Assembly (NCBI GenBank): GCA_050261175.1
Contig: JBLNDA010000020.1
Coordinates: forward strand, 19,756 to 83,755
Source: Clostridia bacterium
GTDB taxonomy: Bacteria; Bacillota; SHA-98; UBA4971
Reading direction: 5' to 3'
DNA: 64,000 nucleotides
Positions within the stretch are counted from its first letter, which is position 1. Every line of letters begins with the position of its first letter. Shown here one piece after another: positions 52,162 to 62,348 of this stretch. The notes below the pieces were generated by a model that worked only from the letters and a program-made list of their open reading frames with translations, was not told the DNA's origin and did not search any database. The translations under genes and the position numbers were made by a program.

Positions 52162-53547
52162 TCAAGCGTGCCGCACGATACGGGCTATGAAGAAGCCATC
52201 CATCTCGTGGACGTGAGGGAGGGTCTCAACGTAAGGCAGGCCTTGCTCGGGGAAGGCCCTAGCGAACTCGCGGGGTAGATAGGGCCCGGCCGGCTCGAGG
52301 GAAAAATTGGGGTGTCCCCCGATGAAACTCTCAACAATCCCGGCGTTCTCCTCGGGTTCGATGCTGCACGTGCTGTAGACGACCACACCCCCGGGTTTCA
52401 CGAGCGCCGCCGCGGCAGCGAGGAGCCGAGCCTGGATCTCGGCAAGATCGGCGATGTCGTGAGGTCGCCTGCGCCATCTGAGGTCCGGCCGCCGCCTCAA
52501 CACGCCCGTGCCGGTGCACGGAGGATCCACGAGGGCTCTATCGAACGGGCGGGAGGTTATGTCGCCGCCTCGGGCTAGGAGGTTTGTAGCGTCTCGAACC
52601 ACGGCCTTGATGGAGCGGATGTCGAGCCGTTTCGCGTTTTCTTCCAGCAATCTCATCCTGTGTTCATGCAAGTCCACAGCGACTATCTCGCCCCGATCGC
52701 CCATGCGCTCGGCCATGTGGGTCGTCTTGCCCCCCGGTGCGGCCGCAATGTCAAGCACCCGTTCGCCCGGGGCGGGATCGAGCACGTATGATACGAGCAT
52801 GGAGCTCTGGTCTTGCACGAAGAACTCTCCGTCTCTGTACGAGCTGTGACTGAAGAGGCCCGCGCCGCCGCGGACCTCGACGGCTTCGGGGACGTGCGGC
52901 GACGGGTGTACGTCGAAGCCCGCCGCGGCAAGCTCGGCAAGGAGCTTCGCTCGGGATGTCTTGAGAGCGTTCGCCCGAACTGTCACAGGGGGATTCTCGT
53001 TGTTCGCCGCGCACAAGCGCGCCGTTTCTTCGAAGCCGAACCGCTGGATCCACCTCGAGACCATCCACTCGGGGTGCGAGTACCTCACAGCGATGTGGTC
53101 CACCGGCCGCTCGGCAGCATCGGGGAAGACGACCTTGCCGCTGTCTCGGACGAGCGCCCGCAAGACCGCGTTCACGAAGGCACCAGCCCCTTCATGCCCG
53201 AACGTGCGGGCAAGTTCCACCGATTCGCTCACGGCGCTGGGCGCAGGGACCTGCGACAGGTAAAGGACTTGGTAGGCACCCAAACGAAGCGCGTTGCGCA
53301 CGACCGCGTCCATTCGCTCCACGGGACGCGCGGCGAAGGTTCCGAGTGCGTGATCGAGCGCCTTGCGCATCTTGGTCACGCCATACACGAGTTCGGTCGC
53401 AAGAGCGCGATCGCGCTCCGAAAGCCGCACGACCTTCAGAGCGCGATCCCTTGCGATTGCGGCGTACGCCCCTCTTTCGTCGATCTCCATCAATGCCCGC
53501 AGGGCGGCCCCGCGAGCGCTGCCTGCCACGTCCACAGGAAAACCCAT
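52162..53547 (-). CDS. rsmB: 16S rRNA (cytosine967-C5)-methyltransferase RsmB (NusB-like N-domain + SAM methyltransferase)
   Basis: 461 aa. DIAAAPGGKT SAM motif and catalytic C in DPPCTGTGVLRRRPD. Confidence 0.85.
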   Translation of the reverse strand: MGFPVDVAGSARGAALRALMEIDERGAYAAIARDRALKVVRLSERDRALATELVYGVTKMRKALDHALGTFAARPVERMDAVVRNALRLGAYQVLYLSQVPAPSAVSESVELARTFGHEGAGAFVNAVLRALVRDSGKVVFPDAAERPVDHIAVRYSHPEWMVSRWIQRFGFEETARLCAANNENPPVTVRANALKTSRAKLLAELAAAGFDVHPSPHVPEAVEVRGGAGLFSHSSYRDGEFFVQDQSSMLVSYVLDPAPGERVLDIAAAPGGKTTHMAERMGDRGEIVAVDLHEHRMRLLEENAKRLDIRSIKAVVRDATNLLARGGDITSRPFDRALVDPPCTGTGVLRRRPDLRWRRRPHDIADLAEIQARLLAAAAALVKPGGVVVYSTCSIEPEENAGIVESFIGGHPNFSLEPAGPYLPREFARAFPEQGLPYVETLPHVHEMDGFFIARIVRHA

Positions 53548-53605
53548 CCCGCATTCCGACCAAGGGAGCCTTGGTTCTCGTTTTCGGGCCCTTCCGAGCG
53601 GTCTC

Positions 53606-54298
53606 TCAATCCCTGCGGCTGCCCCGCAGGATGAGAAGCCGCAGGAGCTGCGTCACCGCGACCGCCGTGGCCGCAAGGTAGGTCATTCCGGCGGCGCTGA
53701 GCACTTGGCCGGTGTGGCGGAGCTCGTCCCTCGTCACGTACCCGCCGCGTTCCAGGAACGCCAGCGCCCTCCTGCTCGCGTCGTACTCAACCGGAAGAGT
53801 CACAACGGAGAACGCGACGGCGCCCACGAAGAGCCAGATCCCCAGGGTCATCAGCCATTCGAGGCCGGTCCCCGCGAAGATGAATCCTATGAGGAAAAGC
53901 GGGAACGCGAGGTTCGAGCCGAAGGTCGCAACCGGCACCAGGCTCGAACGGAGGGCCAACGGAACGTAGCCGCTGGCGTGCTGTATGGCATGACCGGCTT
54001 CGTGCGCCGCCACGCCGAGAGCGGCAAGCGAGTTGCCGCCGTACACCTCGGGGGACAGCCGCAGGATTCTTGCCCTCGGATCATAATGGTCCTGCAGCCT
54101 TCCCGGAATCTGCTCGATCCGCACGGAACTCAGTCCGCTGTCGTCGAGAATGTGCCGGGCTACTTCCGCTCCGCTCACACCGCTGCGTGCCCTCACCCTC
54201 GAATAGGTGTTGAAGACGCTCTGCACCCTGCTCTGCGCCCACAGGGCGAACAGGATTGCAGGGAATATCAGAATGTACGTTGGGTCCCAGAAAAGCAT
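53606..54298 (-). CDS. YugP-like membrane zinc metallopeptidase (Zn_peptidase_2 family)
   Basis: 230 aa. HEAGHAIQH motif. TM helices at both ends. GAGGAGGG RBS. Confidence 0.75.
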   Translation of the reverse strand: MLFWDPTYILIFPAILFALWAQSRVQSVFNTYSRVRARSGVSGAEVARHILDDSGLSSVRIEQIPGRLQDHYDPRARILRLSPEVYGGNSLAALGVAAHEAGHAIQHASGYVPLALRSSLVPVATFGSNLAFPLFLIGFIFAGTGLEWLMTLGIWLFVGAVAFSVVTLPVEYDASRRALAFLERGGYVTRDELRHTGQVLSAAGMTYLAATAVAVTQLLRLLILRGSRRD

Positions 54299-54399
54299 GG
54301 CGCAACCCTCCTCAGACGTCGGTATTCAGTTCGGCCGCTCGAAACCGGTGCCGCCTCTCTGACCCCCGGACACCGGTTGCATAGATCCCGTCCACACTA

Positions 54400-54428
54400 A
54401 TTATAATCGACCGCGAGCTCAGATTAAA
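54400..54428 (-). promoter_or_regulatory. Candidate sigma-A-type promoter for the YugP-like gene (minus strand TTTAAT-17 nt-TATAAT)
   Basis: Perfect -10 hexamer in an A/T patch about 110 nt upstream of the start codon. Coordinates approximate. Confidence 0.3.
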
Positions 54429-54667
54429 CCCGTGCACCGCCTTTGGCGAGCGACCATCGCGCGGCCCCGCGTCGCGCTCCTGGCGGCGGCCGCCTCAAGG
54501 CTTGTCGAGATCCGGCCACCCGCCTGATGGGCTGGATCTTGGCGAAGCACGCCCCGCTTGGGACGCCGTCGGCCTCGCGGGCGCGCCCGTCGGAACGCCG
54601 GCGCGGGAATCCCGGGGCCCTACGCTGATCTGGGTGGCACATTGCCACTCTCAACCAACGGCCGGCC

Positions 54668-55624
54668 TCAGCTCCCCAGAACCGTCCCTGGCGTCACCGG
54701 GTGGCCGCGGAGGTAGTCCGCGGCCGGCATGCGTCTGCCGCCCTCCGCTTGAACCTCCATGGCCAGGTAAAAGCCGTCACCCGTTTTCACCAGAATGCCT
54801 TCTGGCAACCTTTCGCATACCGTTCCAGGCGGGCCGCACGCGCCGGTGACATCCGGGGCTTCACAAACCGGCCGGCCCTTGTAAATCTTCAAGATCGCGC
54901 CTTCGAGCCTCGTGAACGCGCCGGGTTTCGGGTTGCCTGCCCTGACCAGGTTGTGAATGGTGCGCGCGGGTTGCGACCAGTCGATCTCGAACTCCTCCGG
55001 CTTCACTCGGGGCGCGTGTGTCGCTCCTGCTTCGTTCTGCCTCACCCTCGGCGCCTCTCCGGATTCGATGAGAGCGAGCGTTCTCGCAAGAAGCCTCGCT
55101 CCCTTCTCCGCGAGCTCCTTCCGGAGCTCGCCCGCGGCCACGTCCTCCCCGATGGCGACCTCTTCCTGAAGGATGATGTCCCCGGTATCCCACCCTTCAG
55201 CCATGTACATCGTGGTCACACCGGTCACCCGTTCGCCCTCCATTATGGCGCGCTCGATCGGCGCGGCCCCCCGGTATCTGGGTAGTAGAGAGGCATGCAC
55301 GTTGACGCACCCGTGTTTCGGGATAGCCAGGACCTCCGGCGGCAGGAGGAGACCGTAAGCCACTACCACGATGACGTCGGGCGCCGCCTCCCTCAGAGTG
55401 GCGAGAATGCGCCCGTCTTTCAGCGTTTGAGGTGTGAGCACGCGCAGCCCGCGCGACTCAGCGAATTCCCTCACGGGCGTCGGCGCAAGCCGCCTGCCGC
55501 GCGCCCTCGCCTTATCAGGCTGGGTGACCACGTGCGCGACGGCGTGCCCCTCCTCGAGGACCGCCTCAAGTGAAGGAACGGCGAATTCCGGGCTTCCCAT
55601 GAAGACGACAACCATATCACTCAT
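54668..55624 (-). CDS. fmt: Methionyl-tRNA formyltransferase
   Basis: VVVFMGSPEFAV N-terminus and HASLLPRYRGAAPI motif. Start may be the ATG three codons downstream (55615). Overlaps the def stop. Confidence 0.9.
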   Translation of the reverse strand: MSDMVVVFMGSPEFAVPSLEAVLEEGHAVAHVVTQPDKARARGRRLAPTPVREFAESRGLRVLTPQTLKDGRILATLREAAPDVIVVVAYGLLLPPEVLAIPKHGCVNVHASLLPRYRGAAPIERAIMEGERVTGVTTMYMAEGWDTGDIILQEEVAIGEDVAAGELRKELAEKGARLLARTLALIESGEAPRVRQNEAGATHAPRVKPEEFEIDWSQPARTIHNLVRAGNPKPGAFTRLEGAILKIYKGRPVCEAPDVTGACGPPGTVCERLPEGILVKTGDGFYLAMEVQAEGGRRMPAADYLRGHPVTPGTVLGS

Positions 55625-56081
55625 CAGCCTGCTCTTCGACGATGTCGGTCGCTTTGTCGATGAAGAGGATCCCGTCGAGATGGTCTACCTCGTGTTGCAG
55701 CGCCCTCGCGAGAAGACCCTCGCCCTCCACGCGCCGAACCCCCTGCCCGTTGGGGGTGAGGGCCTCCACGATCACTCTGTCCGCCCTGGTCACCTCACCG
55801 GTCACCCCCGGAAGCGACAGGCACCCCTCGCGCGCCGCAGCCTCCCCGGCGCTGCTCACGATGCGGGGGTTGAAGAGCACCAACGGGCCGTCGCCCACGT
55901 CAACGACTATGAGCCTGACCGGCACGCCGACCTGGGGCGCGGCAAGCCCCACGCCCTCCGCGGCGTACATGGTCTCCAGCATGTTGTCGGCGAGGACGAG
56001 TATCTCTTTGGTCACCCTCTTGAGAGGAAAGGACTGCTTTCTGAGAATGGGATCCTTGAACTTGCGTATCTCCAGGACCAG
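55617..56081 (-). CDS. def: Peptide deformylase
   Basis: Motifs GVGLAAPQVG, EGCLSLPG and HEVDHLDG. The ORF-track N-terminal 64 codons are R/G-rich junk. No in-frame ATG/GTG/TTG follows the strong GGAGGGAGGGGG RBS, so the start is probably the CTG at 56081; this is uncertain. Confidence 0.75.
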   Translation of the reverse strand: MVLEIRKFKDPILRKQSFPLKRVTKEILVLADNMLETMYAAEGVGLAAPQVGVPVRLIVVDVGDGPLVLFNPRIVSSAGEAAAREGCLSLPGVTGEVTRADRVIVEALTPNGQGVRRVEGEGLLARALQHEVDHLDGILFIDKATDIVEEQADE

Positions 56082-56140
56082 TTCGTCCCCCTCCCTCCAG
56101 TTCGTGGCCTGGTCAACGCTGACTCGAGGCCAGCGCGCTC

Positions 56141-58420
56141 CTAGAGCACGCTTTCGGGATCGACGTCCACCTGAACCATTATACCACGGGGAGGAGCAGG
56201 ACACGTCGCGAGTCCTCTCCGGACAACCGAGGTCGCGACCTCCACCGGGGCGCCCTTCACGAGCACTTGCCACCTGTGAAGCCGCTTCACCCGCTTCATG
56301 GCGCAGGGCGCAGGCCCCAACACGCGCACGCCTGGAGGCGATTCTCCAAGCCCCGTCTCCCTCGCCAGCGGCGGCAGGACCGGGTCCCTTGCGGCGACGC
56401 GCAGGGCGGCGCCGAGGCTTGTCGCGTGCCGCTCCACGTCCCGCGGGTCCTCCCCGGACACGACCACGAGCACCAGGTGCACGAATGGAGGATACAGGAG
56501 ATCGCGCCGGGCGCGGACCTCCTCCTCATAGAACCCAAGGTAGTCGTGGTCCCTCGCGCGCTGCACGGAATAGTGATCCGGCGCGTAGGTCTGAATGATC
56601 ACCTCTCCGGGCCTCTCACCCCTGCCGGCGCGCCCCGCGGCCTGGGTGAGCAGCTGAAACGTCCTCTCGCCCGCCTTGTAGTCCGGGAGGTTGAGGCAGG
56701 TGTCCGCGCTCACGACTCCGACGAGGGTGACACGCGGGAAATCGTGACCTTTGGCCACCATCTGGGTGCCGACGAGGATGTCGTACTGCCCGCTGTGAAA
56801 CATGTTCACTATCTTCTCGTGGGCCATCTTCGTGCGGGTGGTGTCGAGGTCCATCCGCACCACTCTCGCCTTGGGAAACACGCGCGTAACCTCGCGCTCT
56901 ATCCTCTCCGTGCCCGCACCGAAGTACTTGATGTAGCTGCTGCCGCACTTCGGACACGCGTCGGGCACGGCCTCTTCGTGGTCGCAGTAATGACAGCGCA
57001 TCCGCCCCTCCTCAGCATGGTAGGTCAGGGCCACGTCGCACTCGGGGCAGCGGAGGGCATGTCCGCATTCTCGGCACAGCACGAACGTGGAATGGCCGCG
57101 CCTGTTGAGGAAGAGTATCACCTGCTCACGGCGGGCGAGGCGCTCGCGTATGGCTCTCATGAGCGCCCTCGAGAATATGCTCCTGTTGCCGCGGGCAAGC
57201 TCCTCACGCATGTCCACGATCTCCACGGAAGGCAAGGGTCGCATTTCCACGCGCGAAGTCAGGGCGAGATAATCGTACTCGCCGGTCCTCGCGCGATAGA
57301 ACGACTCCACCGAGGGCGTCGCCGACCCGAGCACGCATACGCACCCCGCTGCCCTCGCGCGCTCGCAGGCTACTTCCCGGGCGTGGTATCTCGGAGACTC
57401 CTCCTGTTTGTACGAGTTCTCGTGCTCTTCGTCGACGACGACGAGACCCAGCTTACGGACGGGCGCGAACACCGCGGATCGAGCTCCCACCACGATCCTG
57501 GCTTCGCCCCGCTCCGCCCTCCGCCATTCGTCATATCTCTCACCGGCGGAGAGCCGGCTGTGGAGGAGCGCGACCAGGCCGCCGAACCTCTCATGGAAGG
57601 CCCCCGCAAGCTGCGGCGTCAGCGCTATCTCCGGGACCAGGACGATGGCGGAGCTCCCACGGACAAGCGCTGCTTCTATCGCGCGCATGTACACCTCGGT
57701 CTTGCCGCTGGCGGTCACGCCGTGGAGCAGGATGGGCTTGGGGCCTCGCTCATCCATGGCTGCAAGGACGGCCGACACGGCCCTTTCCTGGTCCGCGGTC
57801 AAGCGGATGGGCGTCCGGCCGGCCCGCGGCGCGGCCGCGCCGAGTGGGCTGCGCATGACCTCTATCCTCTTCGACGCGAGGATCCCCTTGCGGATCAAGG
57901 CACGGACCGCGTCAGGGCTCGCCCGGACGGCCGTGTCCGTGCCGCCCGAACGCACGAGGCGCCCGCCCCGTTCGAGGAGAGCGCGCACTATCTCCGCCTG
58001 GCGGGGCGCGCGTCTCTCCGCGCCGGCGATGAAGGCCCTCGCCTCTTCAGAAGATATCGCAAGCTCGACGAAGGCCTCGGTTTTCGCATTTGCCCTCCTT
58101 TGGCGTACCGCGGCCGGGAACATCTGGGCGATGGCCTCCGCGGGCAGGCACATGTAGCGTGACGTCATCCACGTAGCGAGGGCCATCATCTCTTCAGGCA
58201 GCGGTTCCACCTGCCACGCCACCTCGATGATGTCCTTGACATTCGCCACATCCGGCGTCTCCACGAACCCCACGACGTACCCGACGAGCCTGCGACCTCC
58301 GAAGGGCACGACGACGGCTCTTCCCACCTTCACGCTTCCCCTCAGGCGCTCAGGGACACCGTAGTGGAACGGCCTCGCCGCCTTCACGGTCGGGACATCC
58401 ACGACTACCTCCGCAAACAA
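56141..58420 (-). CDS. priA: Primosomal protein N' (PriA helicase)
   Basis: 759 aa. TTG start after GGGGAGG. Walker A GVTASGKT. DEEH box. Cys-rich zinc-binding insertion (CRECGHALRCPECD...CHYCDH...CPKCG). Confidence 0.9.
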   Translation of the reverse strand: MFAEVVVDVPTVKAARPFHYGVPERLRGSVKVGRAVVVPFGGRRLVGYVVGFVETPDVANVKDIIEVAWQVEPLPEEMMALATWMTSRYMCLPAEAIAQMFPAAVRQRRANAKTEAFVELAISSEEARAFIAGAERRAPRQAEIVRALLERGGRLVRSGGTDTAVRASPDAVRALIRKGILASKRIEVMRSPLGAAAPRAGRTPIRLTADQERAVSAVLAAMDERGPKPILLHGVTASGKTEVYMRAIEAALVRGSSAIVLVPEIALTPQLAGAFHERFGGLVALLHSRLSAGERYDEWRRAERGEARIVVGARSAVFAPVRKLGLVVVDEEHENSYKQEESPRYHAREVACERARAAGCVCVLGSATPSVESFYRARTGEYDYLALTSRVEMRPLPSVEIVDMREELARGNRSIFSRALMRAIRERLARREQVILFLNRRGHSTFVLCRECGHALRCPECDVALTYHAEEGRMRCHYCDHEEAVPDACPKCGSSYIKYFGAGTERIEREVTRVFPKARVVRMDLDTTRTKMAHEKIVNMFHSGQYDILVGTQMVAKGHDFPRVTLVGVVSADTCLNLPDYKAGERTFQLLTQAAGRAGRGERPGEVIIQTYAPDHYSVQRARDHDYLGFYEEEVRARRDLLYPPFVHLVLVVVSGEDPRDVERHATSLGAALRVAARDPVLPPLARETGLGESPPGVRVLGPAPCAMKRVKRLHRWQVLVKGAPVEVATSVVRRGLATCPAPPRGIMVQVDVDPESVL

Positions 58421-58573
58421 GTCACTGCCTCCCCGCGCAAGCTCTGCCCTAGTTTTTCTACGCGAGGAAACAAAAACCTTCAGAATCGGGCACGAGTGCC
58501 CCGTCGGTTAATATGCGCGTGGGACATGCTGCGTATCCCGGCCTTCCGTCAGCCGGGCGCTGTTTGCTCTTCT

Positions 58574-59149
58574 CTATCGCGGGCGGCATGCGGCGCTGCG
58601 CTGCGCCGGGGCCTCACAGCCCCCGAGGGCCAGCATGCCTCTCCTGGCGAGGCAGCCGAGAACAGCCCTCTCAAGCCTCCTGATGACGCGGGTTGTCACG
58701 AACTCCCTGCGTGACGTGGGGACGACGAGGATGGTGTACATGCCGGCGAGGTTTCCACCGAGGATGTCGGTGAAGATCTGGTCTCCTATGACAGCGGTCT
58801 CCTGGGGAGAAGTTCCGAGGAGGGCCAGTGCGGCGCGGAATGCGGATCGCATCGGCTTTAGGCCCCTCGCAGCGGGGATTCCGAGGGTGCGCGAGATGGC
58901 CTCTATGCGCTTGCGAAGGTTGTTGGACAGCACGCAAAGCCGGATACCCCGCGCCTTCGCATCGTCGAGGAAGGCCAACACCCCGGCTGGGATGTCCACA
59001 CTCCCCCAATCGACGAACGTGTTGTCGATGTCGAGCACTATACCTCTTATGCCGCGCGCTGTGAGCTGCGAGAGGTCGACTCGGCAGATGGACGGCACGT
59101 AGAGGTCGGGGCACAAAATGGACAGCAAGTCGATCCCTCCAGGCAGCAT
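58574..59149 (-). CDS. YqeG-family HAD-IIIA phosphatase
   Basis: 191 aa. RGIRGIVLDIDNTFVDW (DxDxT) and VIGDQIFTDI motifs. Confidence 0.7.
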   Translation of the reverse strand: MLPGGIDLLSILCPDLYVPSICRVDLSQLTARGIRGIVLDIDNTFVDWGSVDIPAGVLAFLDDAKARGIRLCVLSNNLRKRIEAISRTLGIPAARGLKPMRSAFRAALALLGTSPQETAVIGDQIFTDILGGNLAGMYTILVVPTSRREFVTTRVIRRLERAVLGCLARRGMLALGGCEAPAQRSAACRPR

Positions 59150-59159
59150 TGGTGCCTAT

Positions 59160-59200
59160 GCCGGTATTATACCATGCATGCCGGGTTTCAGCGAGGATCG
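59160..59200 (-). promoter_or_regulatory. Candidate extended -10 promoter (TGgTATAAT on the minus strand) 18 nt upstream of the YqeG-like ATG, implying a near-leaderless mRNA
   Basis: The revcomp of plus-strand attatacca at about 59166-59174 gives TGGTATAAT. There is no Shine-Dalgarno between it and the ATG. Confidence 0.35.
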
Positions 59201-59421
59201 TCGACCTCGAGTTGCGCGGGCCAAAGGAGAGACCTAGGCGCCCGAAGGCGGCCCCGCGCGCCGGCCGGGTGGCCGGAAGACCGCCGGGCGTGGAGCCGCC
59301 GGCGTTTTCTCGCTGTATTGGCGTATTGGCGATGGGCCGCTGCGTTGCCGGCAATTCGGAGGGCGAACGACACCGGCGACTCGCGCCGGGCGCCCGCACG
59401 CTGCAGTCCGTTTCCGCGCCT

Positions 59422-60126
59422 TCAATTGAAGCCTTCGGCGATCATCTCCCTTTGCAGTTTCAGGAGCGCTCGCTTCTCGATGCGCGACACGTAGGAGCGT
59501 GAAATGCCCAGGTGCTTCGAGATCTCCCTCTGCGTCCTGCGCAGCCCATCCGCAAGCCCGTAGCGCATCTCGATGACCTTCTTCTCACGCCTGGTGAGCT
59601 CGCGCACCTTCTCCGCGAGCTTGCCTTCCTCCACCGCGCCCTCGACGACGAGGGTCACCTCGTCAGGCTCGCTCCCCAGCACGTCGATGAGGGTGATCTC
59701 GTTGCCCTCTTTGTCTGCACCGATGGGGTCGTACAGGAGGATCTCTCCCTTGCTCTTCCGCGTCGCTCGGAGATGCATCAGAATCTCATTCTCGATACAC
59801 CGTGCGGCGTACGTGGCAAGCCTCGTCCTCTTCCTCTGGTTGAAGGTGTCTATGGCCTTTATGAGGCCGATCGTTCCTATGGATATGAGGTCGTCTTGGT
59901 CTTCGCCGGTCCCCTCGAATTTCTTCACTATGTGCGCGACGAGCCTGAGGTTGCGCTCGATCAGGATATCTCTGGCCTCCTCATCGCCTTTCTCCTTCCG
60001 CGCCAGGATCTCGGCTTCCTCTTTCTCGGAAAGGGGCGGCGGGAACACATTGCCGCTGGATATGTAGGACGCAAGGAGCCACAATCCCCGCAGAAGCAAT
60101 GCCGAGCTTATCAGGAGACCTAGCAC
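59422..60126 (-). CDS. sigK: Sporulation sigma factor K (pro-sigma-K, uninterrupted)
   Basis: Likely GTG start at 60126 after GGGGGTGG. The pro-sequence ends in NVFPPPLS. LRLVAHIVKKFEGTGED, DPIGADKEGNEITLIDVL and ISRSYVSRIEKRAL are near-identical to B. subtilis SigK. Confidence 0.8.
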   Translation of the reverse strand: MLGLLISSALLLRGLWLLASYISSGNVFPPPLSEKEEAEILARKEKGDEEARDILIERNLRLVAHIVKKFEGTGEDQDDLISIGTIGLIKAIDTFNQRKRTRLATYAARCIENEILMHLRATRKSKGEILLYDPIGADKEGNEITLIDVLGSEPDEVTLVVEGAVEEGKLAEKVRELTRREKKVIEMRYGLADGLRRTQREISKHLGISRSYVSRIEKRALLKLQREMIAEGFN

Positions 60127-60679
60127 GTGCCTGCCACCCCCTGCGAAAGACTCACTAGTATAGATATGAACTGAACCTCTGAAAGTGCGTGTCCATACCA
60201 GTGGCGTCGCTGGGAATAGCAGGCATTGTCGTCGTGCCGTGGTCGCAGCGCTTGGAGGAGCGGTTCGGCGCCGGTAGCCCGTCTCCGTCCCCCGCCAGCT
60301 CAAAACGCGCGCCCCGCGCATTGCGCCCGGAGGCCGGCCCGTGCCGCCGAGTCAGAGGCGAGCACGGTCAGTCTCAGAATCGGCCCAGCGCGAGGACTCG
60401 TTTCGTGACGGCCGTCTCGGCCCGGAGCGTGCGCCCGCCTTCATCAGTCGACAGGAGCATCCCACAGCCGTAAGGAGTGCCCACTGCCGCGAAGACGAGG
60501 GTCTTTGACGAATGTAAGCACCCGCTCCCCCTGGGCTCACCCTGTACGCCTTGATGGTGCCCTCATGCTTCTCCTGTCGAATACGGGCCGGCGCGCCTGT
60601 GCGCCGCCTCGCGAAGACCCGCAATGCCTAGGAGCTTCATTTTCGCCCGTGTAGTCATGGAAGATATGGGACACTTCGA

Positions 60680-61066
60680 TCACGACGACTCCCCCTCTGG
60701 GTCCGGGCCCACGCGGGGCTCCTTCACAGAACGGATGATCCCTTCCATCTGGTCGAGATACGAGTGCAAGGCCTCGTAGCCTCCCGCCGTCAAAGAAACG
60801 CTCGTCTCGGGCTTGTTCCCCTTGATACGTTTGTGGATCCGGACATAGCCGGCTGCTTCAAGGTTTCTTAGTTGAACGGAGAGGTTCCCCGCCGTGAGCC
60901 TCAAATTCTCCTTGAGCTCATTGAAGAGCACCCGGTCTTTCGTCTGGCTTGCCAGGTAGGTGAGGATGAGCAGCCTCGCCCGTTCATGGATCACTCTATC
61001 AATGGCGAAACCACCCTTGTCCTCACTCACGGCCGTGTTCTCCTCCGCGATCCTCGATCCCCGCAA
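60680..61066 (-). CDS. Winged-helix transcriptional regulator (ArsR/MarR/PadR-like wHTH)
   Basis: 128 aa. Segment IHERARLLILTYLA...LTAGNLSVQLRNLEAAGYV is HTH-like. Start may be internal. Confidence 0.55.
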   Translation of the reverse strand: MRGSRIAEENTAVSEDKGGFAIDRVIHERARLLILTYLASQTKDRVLFNELKENLRLTAGNLSVQLRNLEAAGYVRIHKRIKGNKPETSVSLTAGGYEALHSYLDQMEGIIRSVKEPRVGPDPEGESS

Positions 61067-61718
61067 CGATGCTGCCGCTGACGAAAGCCACGATGAACCC
61101 GAGACCGAATGTCAGTATGAGCCCCAGCAAAGGAGCCAACCTATCTCCCAGGAACAAGACGACCAAGCCTGTGGCGATGAGCCAATCTCCGCTGACGACA
61201 AGCTCCTTGAAGTAGAACACGCTCACAAGGGCGTTCATCACCAGCCCGAAAAGGATCGCCACCGCCGGGACGATGTATGCCGCAAAGCCCCGGGTGGCAA
61301 GGAAGCTAACAACGCCCGCTCCCGCTGCGACAAATGGGACGAGTATCAGAACGGTCTGCTCGCTGCACACCTCTTCCACTAGACGGAATAGCGTGTAGTC
61401 CGAGCGGATCTTGCGAGCGGCCACCATCATGCCCGAGACCTTGAAGGCGCCACCGACAAGGAAGGCGGCGACACCCAGGCCGAGCAAGGTGATCCGCACC
61501 CAAGCCGGCGATTCGGCGAAACTCCCGTAACGTCGGGCAAGAAGGTACAATCCGCCACAGAAAGCCGTTATCGCCAGCCCGGCTATCAGGTACACAACGC
61601 GCATGACCTGAGAAACGGGAAGCCACCTCATGATCCCGCCGCTCTTGGCTATGGCCGCCTTGATGAGCTTCAGGTCTTCAATCACTCGTTCTGTCTCTTT
61701 GCCGCCCCCCATGATCAA
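61023..61718 (-). CDS. Hypothetical polytopic membrane protein, co-transcribed with the wHTH regulator
   Basis: 231 aa with 5-6 hydrophobic helices. 44-nt overlap with the regulator gene. An A/T-rich promoter patch lies just upstream. Confidence 0.5.
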   Translation of the reverse strand: MIMGGGKETERVIEDLKLIKAAIAKSGGIMRWLPVSQVMRVVYLIAGLAITAFCGGLYLLARRYGSFAESPAWVRITLLGLGVAAFLVGGAFKVSGMMVAARKIRSDYTLFRLVEEVCSEQTVLILVPFVAAGAGVVSFLATRGFAAYIVPAVAILFGLVMNALVSVFYFKELVVSGDWLIATGLVVLFLGDRLAPLLGLILTFGLGFIVAFVSGSIVAGIEDRGGEHGRE

Positions 61719-61729
61719 CCTGCCCTCCT

Positions 61730-61770
61730 ATTGTTTATATCATAAACTTATCTCTATCATAATGAGCTTT
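61730..61770 (-). promoter_or_regulatory. A/T-rich promoter/operator patch with direct repeats TATCATAA (x2, 17 bp apart) upstream of the membrane-protein/wHTH operon
   Basis: A sharp local GC drop in a ~68% GC genome. Repeats at about 61738-61745 and 61755-61762. Coordinates approximate. Confidence 0.35.
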
Positions 61771-61832
61771 ACGGCACTTGTCAAGCGCGGTGTCTTTCGA
61801 TTCATCGCGAAACGGCTTAGTCAGACAACGAC

Positions 61833-62348
61833 GTGGCGCTGTCCGGACGGGCACCCAGACCCTCTACGTTGGCGTGGCGGCTGTCCCCGGAGGAGGATGC
61901 GGCCGGACTCGGTCGAATTCATGAACCAGCGCGGGCTTGCAGGCGGGGAATCGCCCGGTGCGAACAAGGGTTTCACCCGGCAGGCCGCAGGCATCAGCGA
62001 GATGAGGAGGCGAAGCCTGAGATAGACAAGATCGCACAAGGGTCGTTCAAGCGCCGCAACCCACCCGAGATACGTGGCTCGGGATATGTCGTGGAGTCGC
62101 TGGAGGCGGCGCTTTGGGCCTTCTACCATAGTGATTCCTTCAGGGACGGCTGCCTCATGGCCGTCAATCTCGGGAGCGACGCCGACACGACCGGTGCGGT
62201 ATACAGGCAGCTCGCTGGGGCCTATTACGCGGAGAGAGGGATTCCGGAAGGGCGGCTCGCCAAGCTGGCGTGGCGTGACACCATCGCCGGGATGGCGGAA
62301 CGCCTCTTCACGCTGTCGAAAGGCGACGGGGAGGCGCGTCAGCCATAG
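61833..62348 (+). pseudogene. 3' remnant of an ADP-ribosylglycohydrolase (DraG/ARH family) gene
   Basis: Only the last ~100 aa are ARH-like ([53 protein letters not shown]). The N-terminal part of the ORF is unrelated. There is no room for the missing ~200 aa upstream. Confidence 0.5.

Noticed and set aside
59422-60126. Assignment of the pro-sigma gene as SigE
   Set aside because: Region 2 (LRLVAHIVKKFE) and region 4 (DKEGNEI..ISRSYVSRIEKRAL) match SigK much better than SigE (LRLVVYIARKFE / ISQSYISRLEKR). There is no spoIIGA upstream.
60127-60679. ORFs 60189..60473 (+) and 60352..60624 (-) in the gene-free region upstream of sigK
   Set aside because: Low-complexity R/S/P-rich translations with no RBS or homology signal. 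Treated as non-coding, but flagged as a region for regulatory analysis.
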